Positions 7,929 to 16,703 of a stretch of DNA of 27,550 nucleotides are shown here, piece by piece; the first letter of the stretch is position 1; the number at the start of each line of letters is the position of its first letter. The stretch spans positions 1 through 27,550 of IMG/VR virus record IMGVR_UViG_3300020042_002365, one strand, 5' to 3'. A model generated the notes under the pieces. That model was not told where the DNA came from. It ran no database searches and worked only from the letters and a program-made list of their open reading frames with translations. This DNA is from a virus. Lineage: Duplodnaviria > Caudoviricetes. The position numbers and the translations under genes are program-made.

Positions 7929-8699
7929 ATGAGTTCATTAGTAATCTCAGGCGACACATCAGGTTCTGTAACACTACAAGCACCAGCGGTGTCTGGCTCC
8001 ACAGTCCTGACTTTGCCTGCAACAAGCGGCACTGTTTTAACGACAGCCAGCGGAACTGCATCTTCTGCAACTACGGCAACAAACTTGACCGGCGGTGTGG
8101 CTGGCGCTGTTCCGTATCAATCTGGTGCTGGAGCAACAGGTTTTTCTGCGGCTGGAACTTCTGGGCAACTGTTGCGAAGTAATGGTGTTTCGGCTCCGTC
8201 TTGGGCAACTGTGTCTTCTGGATTTACTCTTGGAACCCCAGTTGCCACAACCTCCGGCACTTCATTTGACTTTACTGGGATTCCTGCTGGAACCAAACAG
8301 ATAATTGTGAACTTTTCAATAGTTTCCACAAACGGAACAAATCCTAAACAAATACAACTCGGTGATTCTGGTGGAATAGAAACTACCGGCTATCTATCAT
8401 CAGGAGTTTCATACATCAACCCTACTCTTGGCCAGACAAGTTCGACTACAGGATTTATTATTTGCTCACTTATAGCTGACGAAGTACTTTCTGGATCAGT
8501 TGTATTTACACTTGAAAATGCCTCTACATATAAGTGGGTTGCAACAGGCATGATGTCTGGATCAGGGGCGGGCGCTGGTAATATGTTTTGGAATGCCGGT
8601 GAAAAATCATTATCAGCCGAACTTACTCAATTAAGAATTAGTACTAGAGACGGCATTAACACGTTTGATGGTGGCGAAATTAACATTGCCTATATCTAA
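7929..8699 (+). CDS. Fibre/receptor-binding protein
   Basis: N-terminal beta module, GTSGQLLRSNG.SAPSW repeat, C-terminal beta-sandwich head ending FDGGEINIAYI. Confidence 0.7.
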   Translation: MSSLVISGDTSGSVTLQAPAVSGSTVLTLPATSGTVLTTASGTASSATTATNLTGGVAGAVPYQSGAGATGFSAAGTSGQLLRSNGVSAPSWATVSSGFTLGTPVATTSGTSFDFTGIPAGTKQIIVNFSIVSTNGTNPKQIQLGDSGGIETTGYLSSGVSYINPTLGQTSSTTGFIICSLIADEVLSGSVVFTLENASTYKWVATGMMSGSGAGAGNMFWNAGEKSLSAELTQLRISTRDGINTFDGGEINIAYI

Positions 8700-8708
8700 G
8701 GAATTATC

Positions 8709-8894
8709 ATGCACAGAACAGTATGTAACGTAAGTACCGGTGAAATCACGCAAGTTGATTTAACGGCTGAAGAAATTTCCGAGTTAGAAGCTCGGGCGGC
8801 GGCTTATGTTGAGCCAATTAAGCCTGCCCTAACAAAAGAACAATTGCTTGTAGAGTTGCAAGTATTGACAGCAAAAATTAACGCACTGGGGTAA
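8709..8894 (+). CDS. Small fibre partner/chaperone-like protein
   Basis: LTAEE motif and C-terminal TKEQLLVELQVLTAKINAL; paralog of 12346..12534. Confidence 0.7.
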   Translation: MHRTVCNVSTGEITQVDLTAEEISELEARAAAYVEPIKPALTKEQLLVELQVLTAKINALG

Positions 8895-8897
8895 AAC

Positions 8898-9200
8898 ATG
8901 AGTACTATTGCAGCAGGTATAACATCAGGCACGGCGCTAGTTAGCACCGGCAATACTGATGGCACACTACAACTTCAAATCAACGGAACAACGCCCTCTG
9001 TTACGTTAGCCGCAAACGGCGCGGTAGGTGTGGGTTCTTCCCCATCTTATGGCACTAACGGTCAACTGCTAACTTCGTCTGGGTCTGGTTCAGCGCCTAC
9101 TTGGACATCTGTTAGCGGTGGAGCGCAAGGTTTTGTAACGCAGTATCAAGGGCCAGCAGCAGCGCCAACGATGAATTCTTTTTCAATTGCACTAATTTAA
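8898..9200 (+). CDS. Short fibre connector protein
   Basis: GTNGQLLTSSGSGSAPTW fibre repeat; Ser/Thr/Gly-rich. Confidence 0.7.
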   Translation: MSTIAAGITSGTALVSTGNTDGTLQLQINGTTPSVTLAANGAVGVGSSPSYGTNGQLLTSSGSGSAPTWTSVSGGAQGFVTQYQGPAAAPTMNSFSIALI

Positions 9201-9210
9201 GGAGTAAAAA

Positions 9211-9612
9211 ATGTCAACCTCGGCACAATACGCATCGACCCCGAAATTCGGGTCGGCAACTTTAACAACGGCAGATACCTCTTTGACTGCGCCAACAACT
9301 GTTGGCACGATTGTCACGGCTGGTGCTTCTGGCACTCGCATTGACTACATTGATATTCAAGGTGTAGCAACGACTGTGGCTGGTCTTATCAATCTGTTTG
9401 TCTACGATGGCACAAACTACATCTTGTGGAATCAAGTGCCGGTGCTTGCGATTACTTCAAGCACAACAGCGCCAGCATTTACAGCGCTTTTGTCGAGTAA
9501 TGGTAATGCAAACATTATGCCGTTGACATTGCCAACGGGCTATTCTTTACGAGCCGCCACCTCGGTAGCTCAGACAGGTATTCGAGTAACGGCTTATGGC
9601 GGCGACTTTTAA
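9211..9612 (+). CDS. Small beta-rich virion protein
   Basis: TAAGGAG SD; all-beta character, ends TAYGGDF. Confidence 0.75.
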   Translation: MSTSAQYASTPKFGSATLTTADTSLTAPTTVGTIVTAGASGTRIDYIDIQGVATTVAGLINLFVYDGTNYILWNQVPVLAITSSTTAPAFTALLSSNGNANIMPLTLPTGYSLRAATSVAQTGIRVTAYGGDF

Positions 9613-9614
9613 TT

Positions 9615-10091
9615 ATGACGGACAAGCAGTGTAAGACTTGTAAGGAGACGTTGTCGAGAGATATGTTTCACAAGTCAGCAAAGTCAAAAGATGGATTTCA
9701 ATATTCATGCAAGCCATGTGCGAAAACCATTTTGAAAGCTTCATATGCTGTTAATCCGGAAAAAGCTAAACTGAAAGCAAAACGTTGGGCGGCAGATAAC
9801 CCAGAGAAACGTTCCGCAATCTCGTATGCCCACAGACTTAAGCGTGACTTTAATATGACTCTTGAGGAGTACCATGAGTTATTGTTGTCTCAAAGTAATC
9901 AATGCAAAATTTGTGGCTCAGAAGGTCGTGGCGGTAGAAGCAAAATATACAAATTGTTTGTTGACCATTGCCACAAAACCAATAAAATTCGTGGGTTACT
10001 TTGTATGAAATGCAACAGTGCCATAGGATACTTTGAGGATGATGCCTCAAGAATGCGTTCAGCAATTCAATATCTCGAAAGGAACTTCTAA
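9615..10091 (+). CDS. Endonuclease VII-family (His-Me) homing endonuclease
   Basis: N-terminal CKTC/CKPC zinc motifs; CKIC...LFVDHCH...IRGLLCMKCNSAIG is the Endonuclease_7 (PF02945) signature. Confidence 0.92.
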   Translation: MTDKQCKTCKETLSRDMFHKSAKSKDGFQYSCKPCAKTILKASYAVNPEKAKLKAKRWAADNPEKRSAISYAHRLKRDFNMTLEEYHELLLSQSNQCKICGSEGRGGRSKIYKLFVDHCHKTNKIRGLLCMKCNSAIGYFEDDASRMRSAIQYLERNF

Positions 10092-11197
10092 TGAATCAAG
10101 GTCTATACGGCTTTGGGTTGCCGCCAAATCAAGCAACCCGTGTGGCTCCACCAAAGTGGACAAACTACAAATTAATTAATGCCACAACCTCTACTGAAAC
10201 AGTTCCTGCAAACGTCTACCAACTTTTGGTTATGGTTTGGGGCGGTGGTGGAAATGGGCGGGCTTCTGCCGCAAGCGGCGGCGGTGGTGGTGGTGGATTT
10301 TCTATGGGGATTGTGGATGTAATCCCTGGGCAAATTTTGCCAACAATAACTATCGGTGCTGCTGCTGGGACATCATCTTTTGGCACATTACTTTCTTCTA
10401 CTGGTGGCACAAGTTCTACGTCTTCTACAGGTGGTGCGGGTGGTACTGGTACTGCATCAAGCTCTTTACGCAATGCATTTACGGCATCAGGTGGCGCAGG
10501 GGGTACGGTGACATCTTCCGGTGTAGGCGGCGGTGGAGGGGCTGGTTCGCCTTATGGCACTGGCGGTCGAGGTGGTAATGGACAAGATAATACGGATTGT
10601 GTAGGCGGCGGCGGTGGGTTTGGCGGTAATGGAGGAGATGCCAATAATGCAGGCGGATCAGTTTTTGGTGGAGGTGGTGGGTTGTTTGCCGGTGCTGGCA
10701 GTACATCAGCAAGTAGAACTGGAGGCGGTGGCGGAACTGTTAGTGCGGGGACTATAAGCCTTGGCACTACCATTGGAGGTAATGGTGGCTCCGGAGGATC
10801 CGGAGGAAGAGGGGCAATAAACCAAACATCGCCAGCCATTTATGCAGCCGAGAATGGAAGTGGTACTGGAACTTTGCTAGATATTCCTAGCCGGTCGTTG
10901 CAAGGTTCTGGAGGCGGTTCAGCTTGTTCATCTAATGTTACGGTTGGTGGAAATGGAGGGCCGGGTGGTGGCGGTGGCGGTGGCCTTCTTGGCGGCAATG
11001 GCGGTATTGGTGGAGGCGGCGGTGCAAGTGGCTCTGGCCCCGGCGGTAGTGGTGGTTTTGGTGGCGGTGGCGGTGGCACTTCAGGCACAATAGGAGGCAT
11101 TGGCGGTATCGCTGGAGGCGGTGGCTCTTGTGCGTCAGGAACACTTGGGCCTGGCGGTATTGGTTGCGTGATTCTTTACTACACCGAAGGATACTAA
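10091..11197 (+). CDS. Glycine-rich adhesin/fibre tip (polyglycine II bundle type)
   Basis: VWGGGGNG...GGGGGG blocks across 368 aa, ending GxGCVILYY. Confidence 0.75.
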   Translation: MNQGLYGFGLPPNQATRVAPPKWTNYKLINATTSTETVPANVYQLLVMVWGGGGNGRASAASGGGGGGGFSMGIVDVIPGQILPTITIGAAAGTSSFGTLLSSTGGTSSTSSTGGAGGTGTASSSLRNAFTASGGAGGTVTSSGVGGGGGAGSPYGTGGRGGNGQDNTDCVGGGGGFGGNGGDANNAGGSVFGGGGGLFAGAGSTSASRTGGGGGTVSAGTISLGTTIGGNGGSGGSGGRGAINQTSPAIYAAENGSGTGTLLDIPSRSLQGSGGGSACSSNVTVGGNGGPGGGGGGGLLGGNGGIGGGGGASGSGPGGSGGFGGGGGGTSGTIGGIGGIAGGGGSCASGTLGPGGIGCVILYYTEGY

Positions 11198-11199
11198 TC

Positions 11200-11583
11200 A
11201 TGAAATACGCATGGATTGAAAACGACAAGATTCGTGACGTTGCCCATAGCAACCCAACCGAAATCTACCATCCCGATGTTGCCAAGTTTTACGACACACA
11301 AGTGCCTGACGATGCTGTCAATGGTGATGGCTGGGTAAACGGCGCTTTGGTCAAGCCCGTTGTTGTTGAACCTACACCGGCGGCTAGACGTTGGACTTCT
11401 GAGGACTTCCGCACCGGCATGACGCTGGCAGAGAAGACCAAGTGGGACAACGACAGCGCACCTGAGATCATTACTGTCAAAGCGGAATTGCCTAAAGAGT
11501 TGGCAGGTGCTACTGAGTTGCTCGACTTCTTGGTTGTCTCAAACGTAATCGCTCAGGCAACAAAAACCAAAATATTGGAGTAA
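11200..11583 (+). CDS. Fibre assembly/chaperone-like protein
   Basis: ATG 11200 with AAGGA SD; MKYAWIEND...GDGWVNG architecture typical of genes following Gly-rich adhesins. Confidence 0.7.
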   Translation: MKYAWIENDKIRDVAHSNPTEIYHPDVAKFYDTQVPDDAVNGDGWVNGALVKPVVVEPTPAARRWTSEDFRTGMTLAEKTKWDNDSAPEIITVKAELPKELAGATELLDFLVVSNVIAQATKTKILE

Positions 11584-11586
11584 ATC

Positions 11587-12336
11587 ATGCCAGTAGTTAT
11601 TACAGGTAACAACACCCCTACCGCTGGCGGTATAACGTATGGCGACGGGTCAACCTACGCAAACACGGCTGCCGGGACTTCTGGTCAGCCTGTAGTTTCT
11701 GGCGGTGCTGGAGCACCCGTATTCCGGCCTTACACACTGCCCGCTGCTGACGGTTCCGCAAGTCAAGTACTCCAAACCAATGGATCAGGCGCGTTGAGTT
11801 TTGCTACTCCAAGCGCTGGCGCACTTACTTTTCTTTCTACTGTTACCGCCTCTAATTCTGCGACTGTTGATGTGGAAACCACGTTTAGTAGCACTTATGA
11901 TGTTTACCTACTAATAGCGTCTGGAGTTACCTCACAAACCGATGGAAGGCCATTACTCGCATTAATGAAAATTGGAGGCTCCTATGTTACAAGCGGCTAT
12001 AAATATCATGCTACCGAAACCACTTCGGCCTCGGCTTCATATGCTGCTGGCGCAGACTCCGCTGCAACGAGCTTATCTGTTTTAGGCGGCACTGTCGGGA
12101 ATGCTGCCGACGAAAGTGGAAACTTTAAAATGATTATTTACTCACCCGCCAGCACCGCACTTGCAAAACAAGCTACATGGGAGGGGTCTAGTATGAACTC
12201 AACTGGTGTACTAATTAAGGTAAATGGAGCGGGACTTAATACAGGAACTAGTGCTCTAACAGGTATTCGATTTAAGTTTGATACTGGCAATGTGGTTGCT
12301 GGAAAATTTCGACTTTACGGCATTGCCAATTCATAA
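11587..12336 (+). CDS. Fibre/receptor-binding protein
   Basis: GGAG SD; YTLPAADGSASQVLQTNGSGALSF repeat; C-terminal beta-sandwich ending GKFRLYGI. Confidence 0.75.
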   Translation: MPVVITGNNTPTAGGITYGDGSTYANTAAGTSGQPVVSGGAGAPVFRPYTLPAADGSASQVLQTNGSGALSFATPSAGALTFLSTVTASNSATVDVETTFSSTYDVYLLIASGVTSQTDGRPLLALMKIGGSYVTSGYKYHATETTSASASYAAGADSAATSLSVLGGTVGNAADESGNFKMIIYSPASTALAKQATWEGSSMNSTGVLIKVNGAGLNTGTSALTGIRFKFDTGNVVAGKFRLYGIANS

Positions 12337-12345
12337 GGAAACATC

Positions 12346-12534
12346 ATGCCAAGACATCACATGACAGCGGAAGGTCCAGTGCCGTTCACCGCAGAAGAAG
12401 AAGCGGAAAGAGACGCGCAAGAAGCCGCAGTGTTGGCCCAGCAAGCTAACCCAACGCCAGCCCCCGCACCAACCAAAGAACAACTCATGGCAGAACTTGC
12501 TGCTTTGACAGCAAAAATCCAAGCGCTGTCGTAA
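12346..12534 (+). CDS. Small fibre partner/chaperone-like protein
   Basis: FTAEEE motif and TKEQLMAELAALTAKIQAL; paralog of 8709..8894. Confidence 0.7.
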   Translation: MPRHHMTAEGPVPFTAEEEAERDAQEAAVLAQQANPTPAPAPTKEQLMAELAALTAKIQALS

Positions 12535-12564
12535 AAGACAGCAATAAAACTTCTGGGGCTGTAA

Positions 12565-13233
12565 ATTGATCCTCTCAGCATCCTCTTTGCCGCTAACGCT
12601 TGTGTTGCCGCCATCAAGCAGGGGTGCAAACTCTACAAAGACGCTAAAACGTCTTTCATGGAGATTAAGAAAACTGTCGATGAAGTTGCTTCAGATGTCA
12701 AAGCGGTCAGAGGATTCTGGGCAAAGCTCTTCGGAACAACGTCCACCTCAAGCCCCAAGCCTGTGGCGAAAAAGAAGGAAGCCTACGTTGCCGTTGACGA
12801 AACCCAAGTCATGGCTGACATCGTTACTCAGTTGTCCCAATTCTTCAAGCTCCAAGAACAGCTTGCTGATCACATAAGGGAAGAGGAAGAGAAGAGTAAA
12901 AACGTCTACGACCCTGACGCTAACCTAATGGAAGCCGCCCTAAAGCGGGTGATGGCTCAAGACCAGATGGCGCTGTTGGAGACGGAGATCAGAGAGGCGA
13001 TGGTATACGGTGCTCCTAAAGAGATGGGGGCTTTGTATAGCAAAGTGTTTGATATGCGGGATGTCATCAAGATAGAGCAGGACAAGGCAAGGAAGAAGCG
13101 GGATGATGAGTCATGGCAACGCAAAGAGGAGGAGCGGCTCCTAAGAGAAAGGCAGGCATACCTGCTGGCGACTATCCTATTCCTCCTATATATGTGGTTG
13201 CTCCTCGGCCTCTTGCACAGGATTGGGAGATAG
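12565..13233 (+). CDS. Coiled-coil membrane protein of the lysis cassette, probable ATT start
   Basis: Frame of track ORF 12658..13233 is open back to ATT 12565 (in-frame TAA at 12562), adding IDPLSILFAANACVAAIKQGCKLYKDAKTSF; GGGG SD at 12555-12558; C-terminal TM helix. Confidence 0.7.
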   Translation: MDPLSILFAANACVAAIKQGCKLYKDAKTSFMEIKKTVDEVASDVKAVRGFWAKLFGTTSTSSPKPVAKKKEAYVAVDETQVMADIVTQLSQFFKLQEQLADHIREEEEKSKNVYDPDANLMEAALKRVMAQDQMALLETEIREAMVYGAPKEMGALYSKVFDMRDVIKIEQDKARKKRDDESWQRKEEERLLRERQAYLLATILFLLYMWLLLGLLHRIGR

Positions 13234-13235
13234 TT

Positions 13236-13403
13236 GTGGGTTGGATTGCCGCTTGCTTGCTTATAGTAGCGTTGCTTCCGCTGCTCGGGATGCTGTATAT
13301 AGACGTTATGCAAACCAAGCATGAAGCCAAACAGCAGATTGAAAAGATGGAAAAACTGCGTAGAGAACTTGAGCAACAGAAACGTGAGGTAAAAAATGAG
13401 TGA
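13236..13403 (+). CDS. Small single-TM coiled-coil protein
   Basis: GTG 13236 with GGGAG SD; GWIAACLLIVALLPLLGMLYI followed by a charged heptad tail. Confidence 0.65.
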   Translation: MGWIAACLLIVALLPLLGMLYIDVMQTKHEAKQQIEKMEKLRRELEQQKREVKNE

Positions 13404-13749
13404 TGAAAAAATCCAAGCTATGGAAACAAAGAGCGCCTTGATTGAGAAGATCACCTTTGCTTTGTTGCCTTTATTGTTTTCTTGCGTCGTTTACCTTATG
13501 TCGGCGCTGTCCAATTTATCCCATGAGGTGACCATCCTCAACAGCAAAATCAGCTTGGTGGTGACTTCAGACAATAAGCAAGCAAGTAACACAGGTGCTG
13601 AGTTAGCAAGGGAAAAGCTACGGCAAGACTTGGAGAAAGAAATCCAGCGCAACCGCGACCAAATTGCCGAGAACCGAATGCACATTGCCATCTTGGAAGA
13701 AAAAACTACAGTCAACAAACCCATCAAAACCCTGACAGGGAAGGATTAA
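13396..13749 (+). CDS. Single-TM coiled-coil protein (lysis cassette)
   Basis: GAGGT SD; ITFALLPLLFSCVVYLM TM followed by coiled coil. Confidence 0.75.
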   Translation: MSDEKIQAMETKSALIEKITFALLPLLFSCVVYLMSALSNLSHEVTILNSKISLVVTSDNKQASNTGAELAREKLRQDLEKEIQRNRDQIAENRMHIAILEEKTTVNKPIKTLTGKD

Positions 13750-13750
13750 C

Positions 13751-14263
13751 ATGATTCCGATAGTCGCTTCCCTCCTCGGTAGCCTAGCCCAAAACGGGCT
13801 TACCTTACTATCTAGCGCCATCCAAGCCAAGGGCAAAGAAGTCGTCGAGCAGACGCTTGGCGTGAAGATCCCCGACAACCCAACCGCAGAAGATGTCAGC
13901 AACCTGCGCCAGCTTCAGTTTGAGCATGAAGAACGCTTACTTGAGTTAGGTATTGAGAAGGCCAAGCTGGAGTTGGCAGAACTGGAACTGTTTGCAAAAG
14001 CCGCTCAAAACGAAGACGACAACGTCACAGACCGTTGGAAATCAGACATGAACAGCGATTCTTGGCTGTCCAAGAACATCCGACCCATGAGCCTAATTGC
14101 TATTTTTCTAGGCTATTTCTTGTTTGCCATGATGTCTGCCTATGGGTACAACGCCAACGAGTCCTATGTCACTTTGCTGGGTAACTGGGGTATGCTGATC
14201 ATGGGTGCTTATTTTGGCGGCAGAACCATTGAGAAACTAGCTGATATGAAAGGCAAAAAATGA
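13751..14263 (+). CDS. Holin, GTA_holin_3TM-like
   Basis: SDSWLSKNIRP, two C-terminal TMs and YFGGRTIEK; directly precedes the endolysin. Confidence 0.8.
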   Translation: MIPIVASLLGSLAQNGLTLLSSAIQAKGKEVVEQTLGVKIPDNPTAEDVSNLRQLQFEHEERLLELGIEKAKLELAELELFAKAAQNEDDNVTDRWKSDMNSDSWLSKNIRPMSLIAIFLGYFLFAMMSAYGYNANESYVTLLGNWGMLIMGAYFGGRTIEKLADMKGKK

Positions 14264-14601
14264 GTTTAAGCACCGAACAAGCTGCATTTTTGCTGGACAT
14301 GTGTAAGCTAATCCAATATGCTACTGACCAAGGGTTTGTGGTGACCGGCGGGGAACTGGCGCGTACGCCCGAACAGCAAGCCATTTACTTCAAGACGGGG
14401 CGTTCCAAGACCATGAATTCCATCCATTTGAAACGATGTGCCATAGATTTGAATTTTTTCCGTGATGGCAAAATTATCTGGGACAAAGGCATCCTAGCGC
14501 CACTGGGTGCTTATTGGGAGTCCCTGTATCACAAGAACCGTTGGGGCGGCAACTTCAAGTCTTTAGTGGATTGCCCTCACTTTGAGCGCAATGTTGGTTA
14601 A
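14260..14601 (+). CDS. Endolysin, peptidase M15 (L-Ala-D-Glu peptidase-like, Peptidase_M15_4)
   Basis: RTPEQQ...SIHLKRCAID...WGGNF...DCPHFE: SxH-x6-D and DxxH zinc ligands. Confidence 0.9.
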   Translation: MSLSTEQAAFLLDMCKLIQYATDQGFVVTGGELARTPEQQAIYFKTGRSKTMNSIHLKRCAIDLNFFRDGKIIWDKGILAPLGAYWESLYHKNRWGGNFKSLVDCPHFERNVG

Positions 14602-14603
14602 AA

Positions 14604-16703
14604 ATGCCATTAGCAAAATATCTTTTTAAACCAGGAGTTAATCGGGAAAACACTCGATACACCACCGAGGGTGGTTGGTATGAGTGCGACAAGGTTCGTT
14701 TTCGTCAAGGCAATCCCGAGAAGATTGGCGGTTGGACTCAGTTTGCAGCGGGCGTATTCCTTGGCACGTGCCGTTCGTTGTGGAACTGGATTACCCTTGC
14801 GTCACTAAACTTAGTTGGTGTTGGGACAAACCTCAAGTTCTACATCATGAGCGGGGGTCAGTACTATGACATCACCCCTATCCGCAAAACAATTACGCTA
14901 ACAAACCCGTTCACAGCTACTAATGGTTCAGCCGTTATATCAGTTTCTGACACCAGCCACGGCTGCGTTGGGGGTGACTTTGTTACCTACAGTGGGGCAG
15001 GCATTACTTCTCTGGGCGGCAATATCACGGCGGCTGTGCTTGCAAACACGTTTCAGATTACTTTTATTGACAACAATACTTACACCATTACAGTGTCAGC
15101 CACTGCAAATGCCACAGATGCTTCTGGCTCTCCCGGCGGCGGTACGGTCGTCACGCAATACGAGACTAATACTGGGCCGTCTTATCAAATCCCTTTGATT
15201 GGTTGGGGCGGCGGTACATGGGGCGGCGGTACATGGGGTATAGGTTCCGGTACTTCTAGTGCCTTGCAATTGTGGAACCAGCAAAACTTTGGTGAAGATT
15301 TAATATACGGCCCCCGTGGCCAAGGCGCTTACTATTGGAACGCCAACGTAGGTTTTTCGGCCATTCAAATTACCATTTCTATTGCAGCCCCCGGCGTTAT
15401 CACACTGCCTTCTGGCTTCTCGTTTCCTGACGGCACAACAATCACGTTGACAACCACGGGCTTATTACCCACTGGTTTGGTCGTAGGGCAAGTTTATTTT
15501 GTCGTGAACTCTACGGGTGGCACATTTAATGTCTCCACCACTCTTCAGGGTACGCCAATCACAACATCGGGTGGTCAATCAGGCATTCAACGCATATCCC
15601 AACGTGGTATTGATTTGGCTGATATTGGCGATGATGACGCTCCGCTGTTCCAAAACTTTCTTATTGTTTCGGATGCCAGCCGTTTTGTGATTGTATTTGG
15701 CACAAATGACTATGGCAGTACTACCCTAAACCCAATGCTGATCCGGTGGTCAGACCAAGAAGACCCGTTTACATGGACTCCACAAGCTACCAATCAAGCA
15801 GGTAGTTTGCAACTTTCTCACGGTTCGGCCATTATTACAGCCGTTCAATCTCGCCAAGAGATTGTGGTATTCACGGACTCGTCCATTTATTCATATCAGT
15901 ACGTAGGCCCACCTTTTGTTTGGACGGCGCAACTGATTGCTGACAACGTGTCTATCGTTGGCCCTAATGCCGCTGTAATTGCCTCCGGCGCGGTGTACTG
16001 GATGGGAATTGATAAGTTCTACAAGTACGATGGCCGTGTGCAGACATTAAACTGCGACTTGCGCCGTTATATTTTTAGTGACTTTAACGTCTTACAGGCT
16101 CAGCAAGTCTATGCGGGGACAAACGAAGGCTTCAATGAAGTCTGGTGGTTCTACTGTTCGGCAGATGCAACCGCAAGTGACCGCTATGTAATCTTCAACT
16201 ACGTAGAAAACGTATGGTCTTACGGCGACTTAGGCCGTTCTGCTTGGTTGGACTCTGGCTTGTTGCCGCGCCCTGTTGCCGCTACATACGATAGCGAATT
16301 GGTGCAGCATGAAGATGGTGTAGATGCTTATGTGCTGGGTACGCAAACCGCCCTGACTGCCAATATCTCTTCTTCTGAGTTTGACATTGGGGATGGTCAC
16401 AACTTTGGTTATGTGTGGCGTATTGTTCCTGACTTGACGTTTGAAGGCTCATCTTCCAGCCCCACACCTGCTGTGACCATGACGCTGTACCCCATGCAAA
16501 GCTCGGGGTCTGGTACTGGAAATACGGCTGCGGCCAATGTCACCAAAGGCTCCAACTACGTTATTACTGAAGAGTACACGGGGATCATCTACACCCGCGC
16601 TCGTGGTCGCCAGATGATTTTTAAGATTTCCTCAGATCAAATTGGTACAACATGGCAGCTGGGCGCACCTAGACTTGACATCAAACCTGACGGGCGTAGA
16701 TAA
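14604..16703 (+). CDS. Tail nozzle/stabilisation protein (P22 gp10/T7 gp12-like beta-propeller) with inserted beta modules
   Basis: 699 aa; IRWSDQED, VVFTDSSIY, VYWMG..KFYKYDG, FNEVWWFY blade-like motifs; located just before the ejection genes. Confidence 0.7.
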   Translation: MPLAKYLFKPGVNRENTRYTTEGGWYECDKVRFRQGNPEKIGGWTQFAAGVFLGTCRSLWNWITLASLNLVGVGTNLKFYIMSGGQYYDITPIRKTITLTNPFTATNGSAVISVSDTSHGCVGGDFVTYSGAGITSLGGNITAAVLANTFQITFIDNNTYTITVSATANATDASGSPGGGTVVTQYETNTGPSYQIPLIGWGGGTWGGGTWGIGSGTSSALQLWNQQNFGEDLIYGPRGQGAYYWNANVGFSAIQITISIAAPGVITLPSGFSFPDGTTITLTTTGLLPTGLVVGQVYFVVNSTGGTFNVSTTLQGTPITTSGGQSGIQRISQRGIDLADIGDDDAPLFQNFLIVSDASRFVIVFGTNDYGSTTLNPMLIRWSDQEDPFTWTPQATNQAGSLQLSHGSAIITAVQSRQEIVVFTDSSIYSYQYVGPPFVWTAQLIADNVSIVGPNAAVIASGAVYWMGIDKFYKYDGRVQTLNCDLRRYIFSDFNVLQAQQVYAGTNEGFNEVWWFYCSADATASDRYVIFNYVENVWSYGDLGRSAWLDSGLLPRPVAATYDSELVQHEDGVDAYVLGTQTALTANISSSEFDIGDGHNFGYVWRIVPDLTFEGSSSSPTPAVTMTLYPMQSSGSGTGNTAAANVTKGSNYVITEEYTGIIYTRARGRQMIFKISSDQIGTTWQLGAPRLDIKPDGRR
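15204..15238 (+). repeat. Exact 15-nt tandem repeat encoding WGGGT-WGGGT-WG
   Basis: TGGGGCGGCGGTACA twice plus TGGGG. Confidence 0.9.

Noticed and set aside
9612-10091. Group I intron around the endonuclease
   Set aside because: Flanking genes are complete and abut the ORF, leaving no non-coding room for a ribozyme core
10216-11252. Poly-Pro minus-strand ORFs
   Set aside because: Reverse complement of the Gly-codon runs in 10091..11197
6654-12534. Diversity-generating retroelement or invertible shufflon in the fibre region
   Set aside because: No reverse transcriptase or invertase, no adenine-specific TR/VR pair noticed, all cassettes co-oriented
12566-12877. 103-aa + strand ORF with TTG start
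   Set aside because: Off-frame overlap of the 12565..13233 gene; Ser-rich, unlike a real protein
13236-13260. Lipoprotein o-spanin from IAAC
   Set aside because: Cys precedes rather than follows the hydrophobic segment and there is no basic N-region
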